DNA from: an uncultured Armatimonadia bacterium
Lineage (GTDB): Bacteria; Armatimonadota; Zipacnadia; CAVVLO01
Reading direction: 5' to 3'
DNA: 64,000 nucleotides
NCBI GenBank assembly: GCA_963749155.1
Contig: CAVVLO010000002.1
Coordinates: 288,001-352,000, forward strand
Shown here: positions 28,862-38,150 of the stretch, piece by piece
Position numbering within the stretch: position 1 is the first letter of the stretch
Layout of the letters: each line of letters opens with the position of its first letter
Position numbers and translations under genes: made by a program
The notes under the pieces: model-generated
Databases searched by the model: none
The model's input: the letters and a program-made list of their open reading frames with translations, nothing else
Told to the model about the DNA's origin: nothing

Positions 28862-29581
28862 TTGTCACGCAAGCAAGGCTTCACACTTATCGAGTTGCTC
28901 GTCGTTATCGCCATCATTGCGATTCTGGCAGCAATCCTTTTCCCGGTCTTCGCGCGCGCTCGCGAGAAGGCCCGCCAGTCCGCTTGCCTTTCCAACTGCA
29001 AGCAGCTTGGTCTTGCCGTAATGCAGTATGTGCAGGATTACGACGGGATGTACCCCGACTCAAGCAGCACCGGGTTGAACTACGCCAGTGGTTATCTTGG
29101 CGGAACCCACATCAACGATTATGCCATCCGCATTTGGTCGGATGACAGCCAGACCAACGTGGCCGGTATGGCCAAGACCCTCGGGCCCTACGTCAAAAAC
29201 CAGCAGATGTTCGTCTGCCCTTCGGACCCGAAAGTAGATCGCTGGATCGGCGGCAAGCAGCGTGGTTCTTACTATATGCGTCACGCGCTCGATGCTTACG
29301 CCTTCAGCTTCCAGCACTCACTGAACGAAGCCGCCCTGAAGCGCCCCTCCCAGCTGATCCTGGCTGGCGAGGAAGCCTGGCACTGGGGTGGCAGTTCTCC
29401 GTGGTTCTGGGACACAGCCGATGCTGGCTCGCCCAAGGACTTCAACGGGCTGTATATGGATGGTCATGCCAAAGTCAGCAAGCAGCCTTACATCACCCCA
29501 CTGGGCACTGCCAGCTACGACTTCAACTGGGTATTCCAGGGTCACCAGTGGCAGTATGAGTGGGACATCTACGACATGTAA
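28862..29581 (+). CDS. prepilin-type N-methylation / DUF1559 protein, paralogue 4
   Basis: GGGAGG RBS, TTG start; same N-terminus; [16 protein letters not shown]. Confidence 0.9.
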   Translation: MSRKQGFTLIELLVVIAIIAILAAILFPVFARAREKARQSACLSNCKQLGLAVMQYVQDYDGMYPDSSSTGLNYASGYLGGTHINDYAIRIWSDDSQTNVAGMAKTLGPYVKNQQMFVCPSDPKVDRWIGGKQRGSYYMRHALDAYAFSFQHSLNEAALKRPSQLILAGEEAWHWGGSSPWFWDTADAGSPKDFNGLYMDGHAKVSKQPYITPLGTASYDFNWVFQGHQWQYEWDIYDM

Positions 29582-29607
29582 GTTGGCAAGCCAGCCAGCC
29601 TTCAATC

Positions 29608-29640
29608 AGAAACCCCCGGCCTTGGTCGGGGGTTTTCTCT
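29608..29640 (+). terminator. intrinsic terminator of paralogue 4
   Basis: GAAACCCCCGGCC..GGTCGGGGGTTTTC. Confidence 0.8.
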
Positions 29641-29837
29641 TGGATGAACAGACCCAAAATTCCAGAATTTTGCCTCTTGTGCAGGAAAAGGCCAAAAAGG
29701 GTACAATAATACTGGAGAGAGGGAGATGGCTTCCTTACAGATCAGTGGGTGCCCGCTGGATTTGTGTCATCTAGAAAGCTGTCTTGGGGAGTTCATATCT
29801 CGCCTCTACCTAATCGATTACTGGGGGTAATCAATTA

Positions 29838-30566
29838 ATGCGCACCAGGAAGCAAGGTTTCACCCTTATTGAGCTGCTTGTCGTTATCGCTATCATTGCG
29901 ATCTTGGCAGCCATCCTGTTCCCGGTCTTCGCGCGCGCTCGCGAGAAGGCCCGTCAGTCCGCCTGCTTGTCCAACTGCAAGCAGCTGGGCTTGCCGTTAT
30001 GCAGTACGTCCAGGATTATGACGGCTGCTATCCCGACGCCTCGAGCGTGGGCTACTTGTACAGCGGTGGCTATATCGGCGGCCCCTTCATCACCGAGTAC
30101 AGCGTCCGCATCTGGGCCGACGCCACACAGACCACACCGGCTGGTATGGCCAAGGTTCTTGGGCCCTATGTAAAGAACCAGCAGATCTTCGTCTGCCCTT
30201 CCGATCCCAAGGTCGAGCGTTGGATCCCGGGCAACCATCAGAGGTTCCTATTACATGCGTCACGCCATCGACGGTTATGCCTTCTCGATTCGGTATGCCA
30301 GTTGCCGAGTCCGTAATCAAGCGCCCTTCGCAGCTCGTGATTTCGCTTGAGGAAGCCTGGCACTGGGGCGGCGCCGAGCCCTGGCTCTGGAGCGGCAACA
30401 ACATCGGCCCGAAGGACTGTAATGCTTGCTACTTCGATGGTCACGCCAAAGTCATGAAGTTCCCCTTCTCGGGTAGCTCGGGCGTAACCAACTACGACGC
30501 CAACTGGTTCCTGCAGCGTACCATGGTTGGGACTTCAACGCCGATCCGACCGACGACCCGTTCTAG
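29838..30566 (+). CDS. prepilin-type N-methylation / DUF1559 protein, paralogue 5 (about 4 frameshifts; sequencing error or pseudogene)
   Basis: Pieces in ORFs 29838, 29999 and 30220 align with the paralogues; the final frame reads [17 protein letters not shown](30564-30566). Confidence 0.8.
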
Positions 30567-30592
30567 CCACTCTGAATTACAGCGGGCATAAG

Positions 30593-30621
30593 AAAGCCCC
30601 CGGCTTCGGCCGGGGGCTTTT
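30593..30621. terminator. bidirectional intrinsic terminator
   Basis: AAAGCCCCCGGC-TTCG-GCCGGGGGCTTTT between convergent genes. Confidence 0.85.
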
Positions 30622-30640
30622 ACTTGGGCAGAAATACAGG

Positions 30641-32101
30641 CTAGCTGCGCCTGAGGCGCACCGCCAGATCGTGCCGAAACTCTGGTAGCTCGAGACTCAG
30701 CTTCCCATCGGAGACCAGCACAAGCTCCGGCGAATAAACTCCAGTGGTCGGCGAAAAGCAGGCCACACGCCATTTGCCTGCGGCAAGAGCGAGTTCCACA
30801 CCCGTCCGGATAGCCTCCCCGCAGCCTGGCTCTTCCTGTTCTCGTTCATCGGCCAGATACAGGGCGACTTCTTCATCCGGCGCGCCAAAGGCGACAGGCA
30901 GCAGCGGCGTCGGGCAGTACGCGATTATCTCCGGCAGCGGCTTGCACTTCGCAAGGGGCAGGGAGTGCACAAATTGAGAAAGGTATCCGAACCAGCTCCG
31001 GATGGTTTTTTGAGAATCCGGCGTGCCGGTTTCGCGCCAGGGGTGGATGGAGAAGTCGATATAATCGTAGTGCGCGGCTGAAAGCAGGGTCACCCAGGCG
31101 CGCTTGCGGTGGATAGTCCACCCGACCGGGTCCATGAACCTGCTGGCGACATTGTCCTCGTCCAGGTTGAGAGGCTTGCCCGCCTTCCAGGTCGCCAGGC
31201 AATAATCGCGCACTGCGCGCAGTTTAAGTTCACCCGACATAAAGGTGCCCATATCCCAGGAGGCGCCCTGGTAGGTCGTGTTGGGCAGCGGGTGCATATT
31301 TACGACATCCAGTGGGAACTCACCGAAAGAGAGGGTCGAGGGCTGCTCCCAGGGCGTGTAAGTGAAGGCCTCCTGGCCAAAGATGAGATGCCTGTTTGGC
31401 AGGTCTGCTTCAGTTTCACAGATAGCCTGGGCGACCGCTTTCAGCCACTCGTTGGTCTCAGCCGGGGTGGGATGCTCAGGCCCGCCCAGCCCCCCGCCCG
31501 GTTCGTTGCAGAGCTCGAAGACCACATTGTCGTAAGCGTTGAGTTCGGCTACTGCCTTTCGCACATGGGCCAGTTGAACAGCGACGCGTTGCTCATCACG
31601 CAAGGTGTTGTATTCCCACCAGGGGATATCTTTCAGCTCGCTCAGGTTGTTGGCCGCGTGAAGGGGATTTAGCCCCCACACCTCGGGCGCATAGGTGTTG
31701 CTGAGCAGCACAACCTCTACGATGATGCCGTATTCATTGGCAAGTGACACGAAGCTGTGAAGGCGCTCGAAGAACTCCGGGTTCCACTTGTCGAGGTCAT
31801 ACCTCGGCAGTCCATCAGCGGCCCGACCAGGCCCCGTGCGCGGGAAAGGACTTATGTAATCGGTGGACTCGGGCTTGCAGGTCGAATAAGGGTTGACGGC
31901 ACTCTGCAGTTCGCGGAAGAGCAGGAAGAGCCGCGTCAAGGTCATCCCCTTCTCCGAAGCATCTGCCAGATACTTGCAGTAATCAAAGGGCCGATTCATC
32001 ACAGCGCCGTAATGCTCGGTTGCGGTCAGCAGCATCAAGGGCTTGCCTCGGAACTCGAACAGTTTCGGATTGTCCGGGTGGATCCTGATCGGTTGCGCCA
32101 T
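30641..32101 (-). CDS. cytoplasmic GH5-like (cellulase-family fold) glycoside hydrolase
   Basis: HPDNPKLFEFRGKP, DLDKWNPEFFERL, VVFELCNEP, VVNMH, NLDED; no signal peptide. Confidence 0.65.
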   Translation of the reverse strand: MAQPIRIHPDNPKLFEFRGKPLMLLTATEHYGAVMNRPFDYCKYLADASEKGMTLTRLFLLFRELQSAVNPYSTCKPESTDYISPFPRTGPGRAADGLPRYDLDKWNPEFFERLHSFVSLANEYGIIVEVVLLSNTYAPEVWGLNPLHAANNLSELKDIPWWEYNTLRDEQRVAVQLAHVRKAVAELNAYDNVVFELCNEPGGGLGGPEHPTPAETNEWLKAVAQAICETEADLPNRHLIFGQEAFTYTPWEQPSTLSFGEFPLDVVNMHPLPNTTYQGASWDMGTFMSGELKLRAVRDYCLATWKAGKPLNLDEDNVASRFMDPVGWTIHRKRAWVTLLSAAHYDYIDFSIHPWRETGTPDSQKTIRSWFGYLSQFVHSLPLAKCKPLPEIIAYCPTPLLPVAFGAPDEEVALYLADEREQEEPGCGEAIRTGVELALAAGKWRVACFSPTTGVYSPELVLVSDGKLSLELPEFRHDLAVRLRRS

Positions 32102-32110
32102 CTTCTTCTC

Positions 32111-33817
32111 CTATCTGGTAGTCAAGGTATGATGCCCGCGCTCAAGCACTGTCACTTCGGTTGGTACGAGATATCGCTGAATAAAGGTTACTGGGTCGGC
32201 GGCATACAGCCGCTGCATCTCGACGACGCGGCCTTCCCCGCGCTGGTTAGCAACATCACGCGCGAGGAGGTCGGCAAGCTCGGCGGCCAGATCCTCGCGC
32301 CAGGGCTTGCCAGCAGCCAGGTCCTCGCGCAGCAACTGGGCAACATTGGTCTCTCTCAGATGCAAGGCATAGCTCACGGCAACGCGCCGGAAGCGGTCCA
32401 GATGGTCCACAAGCTGTGCGAAGCTCTCTCGATCGACTTCTTCAGGCGCCGAAGTCGCGAGTGCATCAGCCAAAGGAAGCGCCTGCTCGAGAGCGCTGGC
32501 GCACGCTTCGCACCGCAGTTGAACGTCCTCCAACATAAAAGGATGGGGCTGCTGGTCGGTGGTCATCATGAAGTGGCTGTACCGCGTAGAACGCCAGGAA
32601 GGCGTCTCGACCATCTGGCCGCGCACCGTGGCGCCGCTCCAGCCATGGTCAGTTGAGGCGACACCGACCTCGCGCGCAAACCAGGAGGCATCCCAGGGAT
32701 AGAGGCGTATGGCTTCGGTTGTCGTCTCTATCAGAGCCAGCACCCAGCCCTGCGCCTCGCCAAAGCGCTCGGTGATGGCGTTCAGCAGTTGATCAGTGGT
32801 CCAGTCAGGATGAGCGAGTCGCGTGGAGAGGGCATCCAGATTAAGATCAGGCGTATCAGTCGCCGCGCCAAAATACTCTTTCAAGCCCACGACACCCGGG
32901 ACGCTACGGATGGCCTGGACTTCCTCGTCTACCAGCCGTGGACAGGGGATGGAGAGCGGTTCCAGCTCCTCGGTCATCTGGGTGAAGAAGGCTTCTACCA
33001 CAACGGGCATCCCGAGTTTGGCGCCCTGCCAGGCCGTGTTGCGTAGCCAGACATCCACTGGCCTCGCAACCTGAACCTCGGCGATATTGCTGTGCAGCAT
33101 CAGTCCGAAACCTTTTGTCGGCAGGTGCGGCAGGCAGGCGTAGATTTGCCCAGCCGAAAGCTCCCAGGGCTCCCACCACAGCAGATGGTTCCCCTCGCGC
33201 CCCTCACCCCAGACCTGCTGCAGCATGGAGAGAAATCCTGGCAGTCGCTTGTGTAGAGGGATGCCACGTGACCACTTGCTGCTCCCGAATTCGTTAGCCT
33301 GCCAGGCGTCCTGATCATAGGTGTAGACCAGCAGATCATCTACCTCGGAGAACTCCTCACGGAAGCGCGCGAGCAAGCGCGTCTCATAATCAACGATCTC
33401 CGGCCGCAGCACATCATACCAGGGCTCATCGGTCTCGAGTTGGCCGCGCCCCTCGGCATCGAGCCAGGCGCGATCTTCTTCGCCGGTCAAAGGATTACGC
33501 CACATAAAGGGCGAACCAAAGTGAAAGAAGGTGCGCAGTCCCGCCGCCTTTGCGAGTTCGAAACGATAGAGCAACTCGGCGCGGCGCTCTGCCACACGAG
33601 GAGGTTCTTGTTCCTCTGGCAGGCTGACCACATCGCGCAGGTTAAGGGCCTCATCATAAGGCCGGCAAAGCCAGGCGATATTAAGCTGCACGGCGTTGAA
33701 GCCCAGCTCTACCAGACGCTGGACGCCAGCCTCTGTCCACTCGGGCCTCACGCGCGGGTTGCCGTATAAGGCAATTTTCAGTTGGAGCGGCCCTTCAACC
33801 GAGCAGAACAAACTCAT
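32111..33817 (-). CDS. hypothetical protein, possibly a TIM-barrel carbohydrate-active enzyme
   Basis: GGAGG RBS before ATG 33817 (MSLFCSV); ELGFNAVQLNIAW, YTYDQDAW, WWEPWEL. The upstream extension of the ORF overlaps the divergent gene and is spurious. Confidence 0.55.
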   Translation of the reverse strand: MSLFCSVEGPLQLKIALYGNPRVRPEWTEAGVQRLVELGFNAVQLNIAWLCRPYDEALNLRDVVSLPEEQEPPRVAERRAELLYRFELAKAAGLRTFFHFGSPFMWRNPLTGEEDRAWLDAEGRGQLETDEPWYDVLRPEIVDYETRLLARFREEFSEVDDLLVYTYDQDAWQANEFGSSKWSRGIPLHKRLPGFLSMLQQVWGEGREGNHLLWWEPWELSAGQIYACLPHLPTKGFGLMLHSNIAEVQVARPVDVWLRNTAWQGAKLGMPVVVEAFFTQMTEELEPLSIPCPRLVDEEVQAIRSVPGVVGLKEYFGAATDTPDLNLDALSTRLAHPDWTTDQLLNAITERFGEAQGWVLALIETTTEAIRLYPWDASWFAREVGVASTDHGWSGATVRGQMVETPSWRSTRYSHFMMTTDQQPHPFMLEDVQLRCEACASALEQALPLADALATSAPEEVDRESFAQLVDHLDRFRRVAVSYALHLRETNVAQLLREDLAAGKPWREDLAAELADLLARDVANQRGEGRVVEMQRLYAADPVTFIQRYLVPTEVTVLERGHHTLTTR

Positions 33818-33952
33818 ATTTATGCCTCCAAAACTGTGTGCTGGCGATTTCGCCCAGGAAGAGGGTTCTCCTTCCCGTTGACAGCGACCTTCCCCTCGTG
33901 CAATATGCCCGTGCCCGTACAAGAAGGCAAGCCCTAAGGAGGGACTCTCGTA

Positions 33953-35074
33953 ATGAACTGCCTCGAACGCTTCCTTGCCGTGATGGAATATGAACCTGTA
34001 GACCATTGCCCCAACCATGAACTTGGCGCCTGGCCTCAGACTGTAGCGCGTTGGACCAAAGAGGGGATGCCCCCTGGCACTTACACCTTCAACTGGTTCG
34101 TAGCCGATGAGGCCCTTGGGCTGGATCCACGTGAATTCATTCCGGTCAACTACAGTATGGTGCCACCCTTCGACTTCGAGCTGATCGAGAAGACGGAACG
34201 CTACGAGATCTATCGTGACGGGATTGGCGTCGTCCACAAAGCGCTAATCGACGGCTCAGTGGGCGGCGGCAGGATGTGCATGGATCAGTATCTTGACTTC
34301 CCGGTCAAGAATCTTGAGGACTTCCGGGCTGTGAAGAAACGTTATATAGCAGGCATCCCGGAGCGTTATCCAGCCAACCTGGCAGAGGAACTCATCCCCC
34401 GGTGGAAGCAGCGCGATTATCCGCTGCAGCTTGGCTACAACTGCTCTGCCACCGGTTTCTACTGGCGCGCGCGCGAATGGATGGGTACCGAGGAGCTATC
34501 TCTGGCCTGGTACGACCAGCCGGAGCTGATGCACGAGATGATGGAGTTCTTTGCGGATTTCACCATCGAGAACAGCCGGCCAGTGCTGGAGCAGATCAAC
34601 GTCGAGACTTTCACCCTCAACGAGGACCTGGCGATGAAAGGCGGCTCGCTGCTTTCGCCGGCTACCTACAGAGAGTTCATCTTCCCGCATCTCAAGAGAT
34701 TGATTGAGTTCCTCAAGTCGCACGGAGTACGTTATGTTGTGCTTGATTCTGACGGCTATTCGGTGCCGCTGATTGACCAGTTTATGGATGCCGGCGTGGA
34801 TGTCCACTGGCCGCTGGAGCGGGCTTCGGATATGGATCCGGCGATGCTCCGCGCCAAGTTCGGCAAGACCTTGCGCCTTTGGGGCGGCGTGGACAAACGC
34901 GAGTTGGCCAAGGACCGTGCGGCAATCGACGCGCATCTGAAGTCGCTCCAACCGCTGGTTGAAGAAGGCGGCTTCATCCCGCACGTGGACCACACGGTGG
35001 ACCCGGAGATAAGCTACGACAACTTCCAATACTATATCGAACAGAAGCACAAGCTGCTCAGGTGCGAGCTGTAG
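33953..35074 (+). CDS. uroporphyrinogen decarboxylase (UroD/MtaA-CmuA) family protein
   Basis: ERFLAVM, WMGTEEL..AWYDQPELMHEM, EDLAMKGGSLLSP, DSDG, LWGGVDK, GGFIPHVDH. Confidence 0.8.
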   Translation: MNCLERFLAVMEYEPVDHCPNHELGAWPQTVARWTKEGMPPGTYTFNWFVADEALGLDPREFIPVNYSMVPPFDFELIEKTERYEIYRDGIGVVHKALIDGSVGGGRMCMDQYLDFPVKNLEDFRAVKKRYIAGIPERYPANLAEELIPRWKQRDYPLQLGYNCSATGFYWRAREWMGTEELSLAWYDQPELMHEMMEFFADFTIENSRPVLEQINVETFTLNEDLAMKGGSLLSPATYREFIFPHLKRLIEFLKSHGVRYVVLDSDGYSVPLIDQFMDAGVDVHWPLERASDMDPAMLRAKFGKTLRLWGGVDKRELAKDRAAIDAHLKSLQPLVEEGGFIPHVDHTVDPEISYDNFQYYIEQKHKLLRCEL

Positions 35075-35098
35075 CACCCGTAAACAACTTGCTCACTC

Positions 35099-35135
35099 GG
35101 CGCCGTCGGACTTCGGTTCGGCGGCGTCTTCGTTT
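35099..35135 (+). terminator. probable intrinsic terminator
   Basis: GGCGCCGTCGGAC-TTCG-GTTCGGCGGCGTC + TTCGTTT. Confidence 0.6.
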
Positions 35136-35175
35136 GGTATACTGGCACTAGTCCAACTCGCCGAGGAGGCGTCTT

Positions 35176-38094
35176 ATGACTGGTCTGCGTATTCTGTTCA
35201 CCCTCGCGCTGCTTGGCCTTGCCCTTTCTTTTGCCTGGAGCCAGGAGGAGCCTGCCGTGTATCCGGATGAAGCTTTTTCCCGGCCTGCTGTTGATAAGCT
35301 CAGCGTCTTCCAGACGCAGGAGCGCCTAAGTATCGCTTACGGCGTCGAAGCGCGCGCCCAGCACTACGCGACTAATGAGATGCAATTGGTCGAAGAGGCC
35401 GGTCAACCAGTCACCCAATGGAGAATTACCCCGAAAGACCTTGATGTGGCGGCACTTGGGATTGGCGGGAAGATCAGACAGTTGCCCGAGAGCATCGCCT
35501 TCACGGTGCGTAACGACTCCGCGACGGCGGTAGGTTTCCTGATGACGGCTGACGAGATGAACTGGCTGCCCGTCAGAGAGACTACCTATCGCAGTTGGCT
35601 GCTGGGGGATGCACAGATGGTGGAGCCGGGCGAGACTCGCCAGCTTGTATACAGCCTTGCCAGTGCGACCAGTGCAAGTGAGGACAAATCGCCGCCCCGG
35701 CTGCCCTTTGGCTCACTCAGCATCCATCTGCGTTTCCTCGTGCCAGGGCAAGCCCACATCCTCACCTTGAGCGACTTTGAAGTCCGTTATCCAGAGGGAC
35801 AGGTGACACCGACCAGCCGGCTGAGCCTCGAACTATGCCGGGCTGACTGGGTCTACTGGCGCAAGTTCCTCTCACCAGAAGAAGCCACCGACCCGCAAGC
35901 AGTGCTGGCAAAGGTGAAGGCCACCGACCTGCCCTGGTGGATTCCCGGCGGCGACTATGAGCTAGGACTGGTCTCCGACGGTTATCGGGTGCCAGGTTCA
36001 GCAAGTGCGATTACGGTTCCAACTCGCCCAGGCGCCGAGTTGCCGCTTGCCGAGAGACGCCTTTATGGCGGCAGGCCGAGTTTTTTTGTTGAGGGCAAGC
36101 CCTTCAGCTGGAACGGTTATTCAAGCTATGACTATCAGCCAGGCAACGTGACAGAATTTGGTGAGCACGGCGCGACAGTGCTCTGCGTGCCTGCCTCTGC
36201 AGGCGCCCATGTGCACGGCATATCGGCTCAGAACTGGCTCGCGCCTGACGTGTTCGATTTCGGCGAACTGGATCAACAAGTAGCCTTCTCGCTGCAGGCA
36301 AATCCCGATGCGATACTTTTCTTGCGCCTGTCGCTCAACCTGCCCCCCTGGTGGAGTCAAGCGCATCCTGACGACCTCGTCCGGGTGCGCACTGCGCAGG
36401 GCGACCTCTTCTGGGAGGAGACCGGCTTCTTCAAGGGCGCCTCACTTGCCTCCAAGGCCTGGCTTGCCGATCAGGAGAGCGCTTTGCGTGCGCTACTCTC
36501 ATATTGCAAGCGCCAGCCCTGGGCCTCACGGCTGGCGGGTATCTGGCTCACCGGCGAGGTGACTGAAGAATGGTTTGCCTGGGGCTCGAACGATGGTTAC
36601 TACAGCGATTATAGTGGGCCCAGCCAGCAGGCCTTCGCGGATTGGCTCGCACAGCAACCTTATAGCGCGACTCTCCCAACCCAGAGCCTTCCCAATCCTG
36701 ACCAACGCAAGGCATCCGGATATGATGTTTATCCTGCAACCGAGTCTGGCCGCCAGGCTGCTTCATATCATCGTTATCTCTCCGAACTGACCGCTGCGAC
36801 CATCAGTCATTTTGCGCGTATCGTGAAGGATGAGACGGCTGGAAAGCCCCTGGTAGGTGTCTTCTACGGGTATGTGATCCAGCTTGCAGGTGAACCTCGT
36901 CAGGCAATCAGTGGGCATTTCGGCCTGCGCGAGCTGCTGGACAATCCGGACATCGATTTCCTCGGCAGCGTGCCTTTGCTCAACTGGCGCGACCTGTCCT
37001 GGGGCTACAATCCCTATTGCTCGGCCACCGACAGCATCCAGGCGGCGGGCAAGCTTTTCTGCAGTGAGAACGACCTGTTCAGTTGGCTGCACCCAATCCT
37101 CTGGCACAGCCTCTATGACCCCGCCGATCCGCGCGGAGGGGCTATCTCGATGCACCGCCGAGAGTGCGCCGGTGATGCCGTGCGAGGCGTGATGTCACAA
37201 AAGTTCTCGTTGATGACCAGTTGGCACCACGATGCCGCACTGCAGCAGGATTTCGCCTTCCAGCAGAAGGTACTGGCCAGCACACTCGACCTCGACAAGA
37301 CCGGCGTTGAGGAGATTGCCTTCGTTGTAGATGACACCACCTTCGGTTGGACACCTCCCGAAAGCACACTGTTGCGTTTTACTAATGCAGAACTGCTGCG
37401 AGCTTTCGGTCGGACGGGCGCGCCGGTGGGTGTGTGGCTTCTGTCCGACCTCGACAAGCTGCCTGACCGTATCAAGCTGGTAGTTATCGCAAGTGCCACG
37501 GCAGCGAAGGAAGCCGACCTCGCCAAGCTCTCGGCGCTGCTTGAGGCGGGGGGCCGCACCGTGCTGGTCGTCGGCCTGCCTGGCCTGGTCAACACCGAGA
37601 CGCAGCAGTGGGAGGTCCAGCGCCCTGGCCAGCTGCTCGGGCTGCCAATCACCGTCCGCGATGAGGCGCTGCCGGGCACGCTGACGACTGTGGAGGGCCT
37701 GGTCGTCGTTCTTCCGAACCTGCGCCCGCGGGGGGAGACCTCCGAGCCGGGCAAGTTTGCGTATGCTGATGGCGCAAGCGCCTGGGCCGAACGCGCTTTG
37801 CCTAACGGCGGCAAGTTACTGTGGTGTGGCGCTCCGCCTGCCAGTTGGGATTTCGCCCGACCTCTCGTCGAAGCCGCCGGGGTGCACTGTTATGCTCCGG
37901 TTGGGTGCTTTGTCCACGCAAGCCGCGAACTTGTCGCTGTGACCAGCAATATCGGGCAGACGGTAGAACTGGTCTTCCCCAGCCCGGTTAGCGTGACCGA
38001 CCTGTTTGATGGCTGGAAGGGAGAAGGTCAGGCCATCACCTCACCTTTCGTCCTCGGCCAGACGCGGTTGCTGAAGGTTGAACCTGTCGAGTAA
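35176..38094 (+). CDS. secreted GH42-like beta-galactosidase-type protein
   Basis: Signal peptide; FDFGELD, PPWW..AHPDD, SLASKAW, GEVTEEWFAW, SDYS...AFADWL, SEND, C-terminal trimerisation-like domain. Confidence 0.6.
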   Translation: MTGLRILFTLALLGLALSFAWSQEEPAVYPDEAFSRPAVDKLSVFQTQERLSIAYGVEARAQHYATNEMQLVEEAGQPVTQWRITPKDLDVAALGIGGKIRQLPESIAFTVRNDSATAVGFLMTADEMNWLPVRETTYRSWLLGDAQMVEPGETRQLVYSLASATSASEDKSPPRLPFGSLSIHLRFLVPGQAHILTLSDFEVRYPEGQVTPTSRLSLELCRADWVYWRKFLSPEEATDPQAVLAKVKATDLPWWIPGGDYELGLVSDGYRVPGSASAITVPTRPGAELPLAERRLYGGRPSFFVEGKPFSWNGYSSYDYQPGNVTEFGEHGATVLCVPASAGAHVHGISAQNWLAPDVFDFGELDQQVAFSLQANPDAILFLRLSLNLPPWWSQAHPDDLVRVRTAQGDLFWEETGFFKGASLASKAWLADQESALRALLSYCKRQPWASRLAGIWLTGEVTEEWFAWGSNDGYYSDYSGPSQQAFADWLAQQPYSATLPTQSLPNPDQRKASGYDVYPATESGRQAASYHRYLSELTAATISHFARIVKDETAGKPLVGVFYGYVIQLAGEPRQAISGHFGLRELLDNPDIDFLGSVPLLNWRDLSWGYNPYCSATDSIQAAGKLFCSENDLFSWLHPILWHSLYDPADPRGGAISMHRRECAGDAVRGVMSQKFSLMTSWHHDAALQQDFAFQQKVLASTLDLDKTGVEEIAFVVDDTTFGWTPPESTLLRFTNAELLRAFGRTGAPVGVWLLSDLDKLPDRIKLVVIASATAAKEADLAKLSALLEAGGRTVLVVGLPGLVNTETQQWEVQRPGQLLGLPITVRDEALPGTLTTVEGLVVVLPNLRPRGETSEPGKFAYADGASAWAERALPNGGKLLWCGAPPASWDFARPLVEAAGVHCYAPVGCFVHASRELVAVTSNIGQTVELVFPSPVSVTDLFDGWKGEGQAITSPFVLGQTRLLKVEPVE

Positions 38095-38096
38095 CG

Positions 38097-38129
38097 AGAA
38101 AGCCCGGCCAACCAGGCCGGGCCTTCTTT
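38097..38129. terminator. bidirectional terminator
   Basis: AGAAAGCCCGGCC-AACCA-GGCCGGGCCTTCT between convergent genes. Confidence 0.7.
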
Positions 38130-38150
38130 ACCTTATACTGGGCACGCAGT

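Noticed and set aside
25856..30566. Diversity-generating retroelement acting on the pilin-like genes
   Set aside because: No reverse transcriptase in the window and no TR/VR pair differing only at adenines; the differences are general substitutions and block swaps.
25856..30621. Integron cassette array (genes separated by related hairpins)
   Set aside because: The hairpins are GC stems with T-tails (terminators) and lack attC RYYYAAC/GTTRRRY ends; each gene has its own promoter-like element; no integrase is present.
33818..34237. Long N-terminal extension of ORF 32111..34237 overlapping the UroD-family gene
   Set aside because: A good RBS precedes ATG 33817; the extension is antisense shadow.
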